A stretch of DNA of 48,547 bases, the filler included, from Sphacelaria rigidula (lineage: Eukaryota), in assembly GCA_964200075.2 (NCBI GenBank). It is 3 parts of 3 records of this genome, joined end to end, with 100 filler letters (N's around TTAATTAATTAA, not from the genome) between each part and the next. Parts side by side here need not be neighbours in the genome. Positions count along the whole stretch, not along the records: positions 32,433 to 48,547 come from CAXNAA020001482.1; 2 more parts are not named here. The stretch is one strand, 5' to 3'. The notes under the pieces were generated by a model, which was not told the origin of the DNA, ran no database searches, and saw only the letters and a list, made by a program, of their open reading frames with translations. The number at the start of each line of letters is the position of its first letter. Position 1 is the stretch's first letter. Positions 48,468 through 48,547 of the stretch are shown here, piece after piece. A program made the position numbers and the translations under genes.

Positions 48468-48547
48468 TAGTGTTGTGAACCGAAAACCGACTCGGTTTTT
48501 TCGGTCGTTTTTTTTTAAGTGTCCCCTGAGCAAAGATCGGCCGAACC
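48468..48547. mobile_element. Start of a probable hAT-type MITE, cut by the window end
   Basis: TAGTGTTG start followed by repeated AACCGA/TCGGT motifs. Confidence 0.3.

Overview
Eukaryotic, intron-rich and transposon-rich DNA. Short exons, long introns, CTGAY-type branch sites and the repeat families suggest a brown alga (Phaeophyceae); this is an inference. Two 100-nt gaps, each with an artificial TTAATTAATTAA linker (16117-16216, 32333-32432), split the window into three contigs. Three spliced genes can be rebuilt by hand with consistent exon phases. (1) A partial + strand glycosyltransferase family 8 (GT8)-like gene (exons 1271-1367, 4255-4415, 9586-9736) whose DxD motif reads D-Q-K. (2) The 5' half of a - strand Erf2/ZDHHC9-like palmitoyltransferase gene (21191->17294) with an N-terminal SH3-like segment; the DHHC exon was not found in the window. 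(3) A - strand three-RRM RBP45/47/Nam8-type RNA-binding protein gene (45685->33231) with a polyQ, prion-like C-terminus and ambiguous 3' exons. The rest is mostly mobile DNA: a tRNA-derived SINE (4 copies), a long-TIR Tc1/mariner-type element (2 full copies), hAT-, Tourist- and piggyBac-type MITEs, palindromic foldbacks, an element ending in telomere-like hexamers, and several decayed RTE-like LINE fragments. No rRNA, true tRNA or CRISPR array was seen. I found no clear new multi-gene system; the best leads are the possible GT8 pseudo-enzyme, the SH3-DHHC fusion, the telomere-tailed element and the stacked piggyBac-type MITEs. All family calls come from motif recognition by eye, not database searches.
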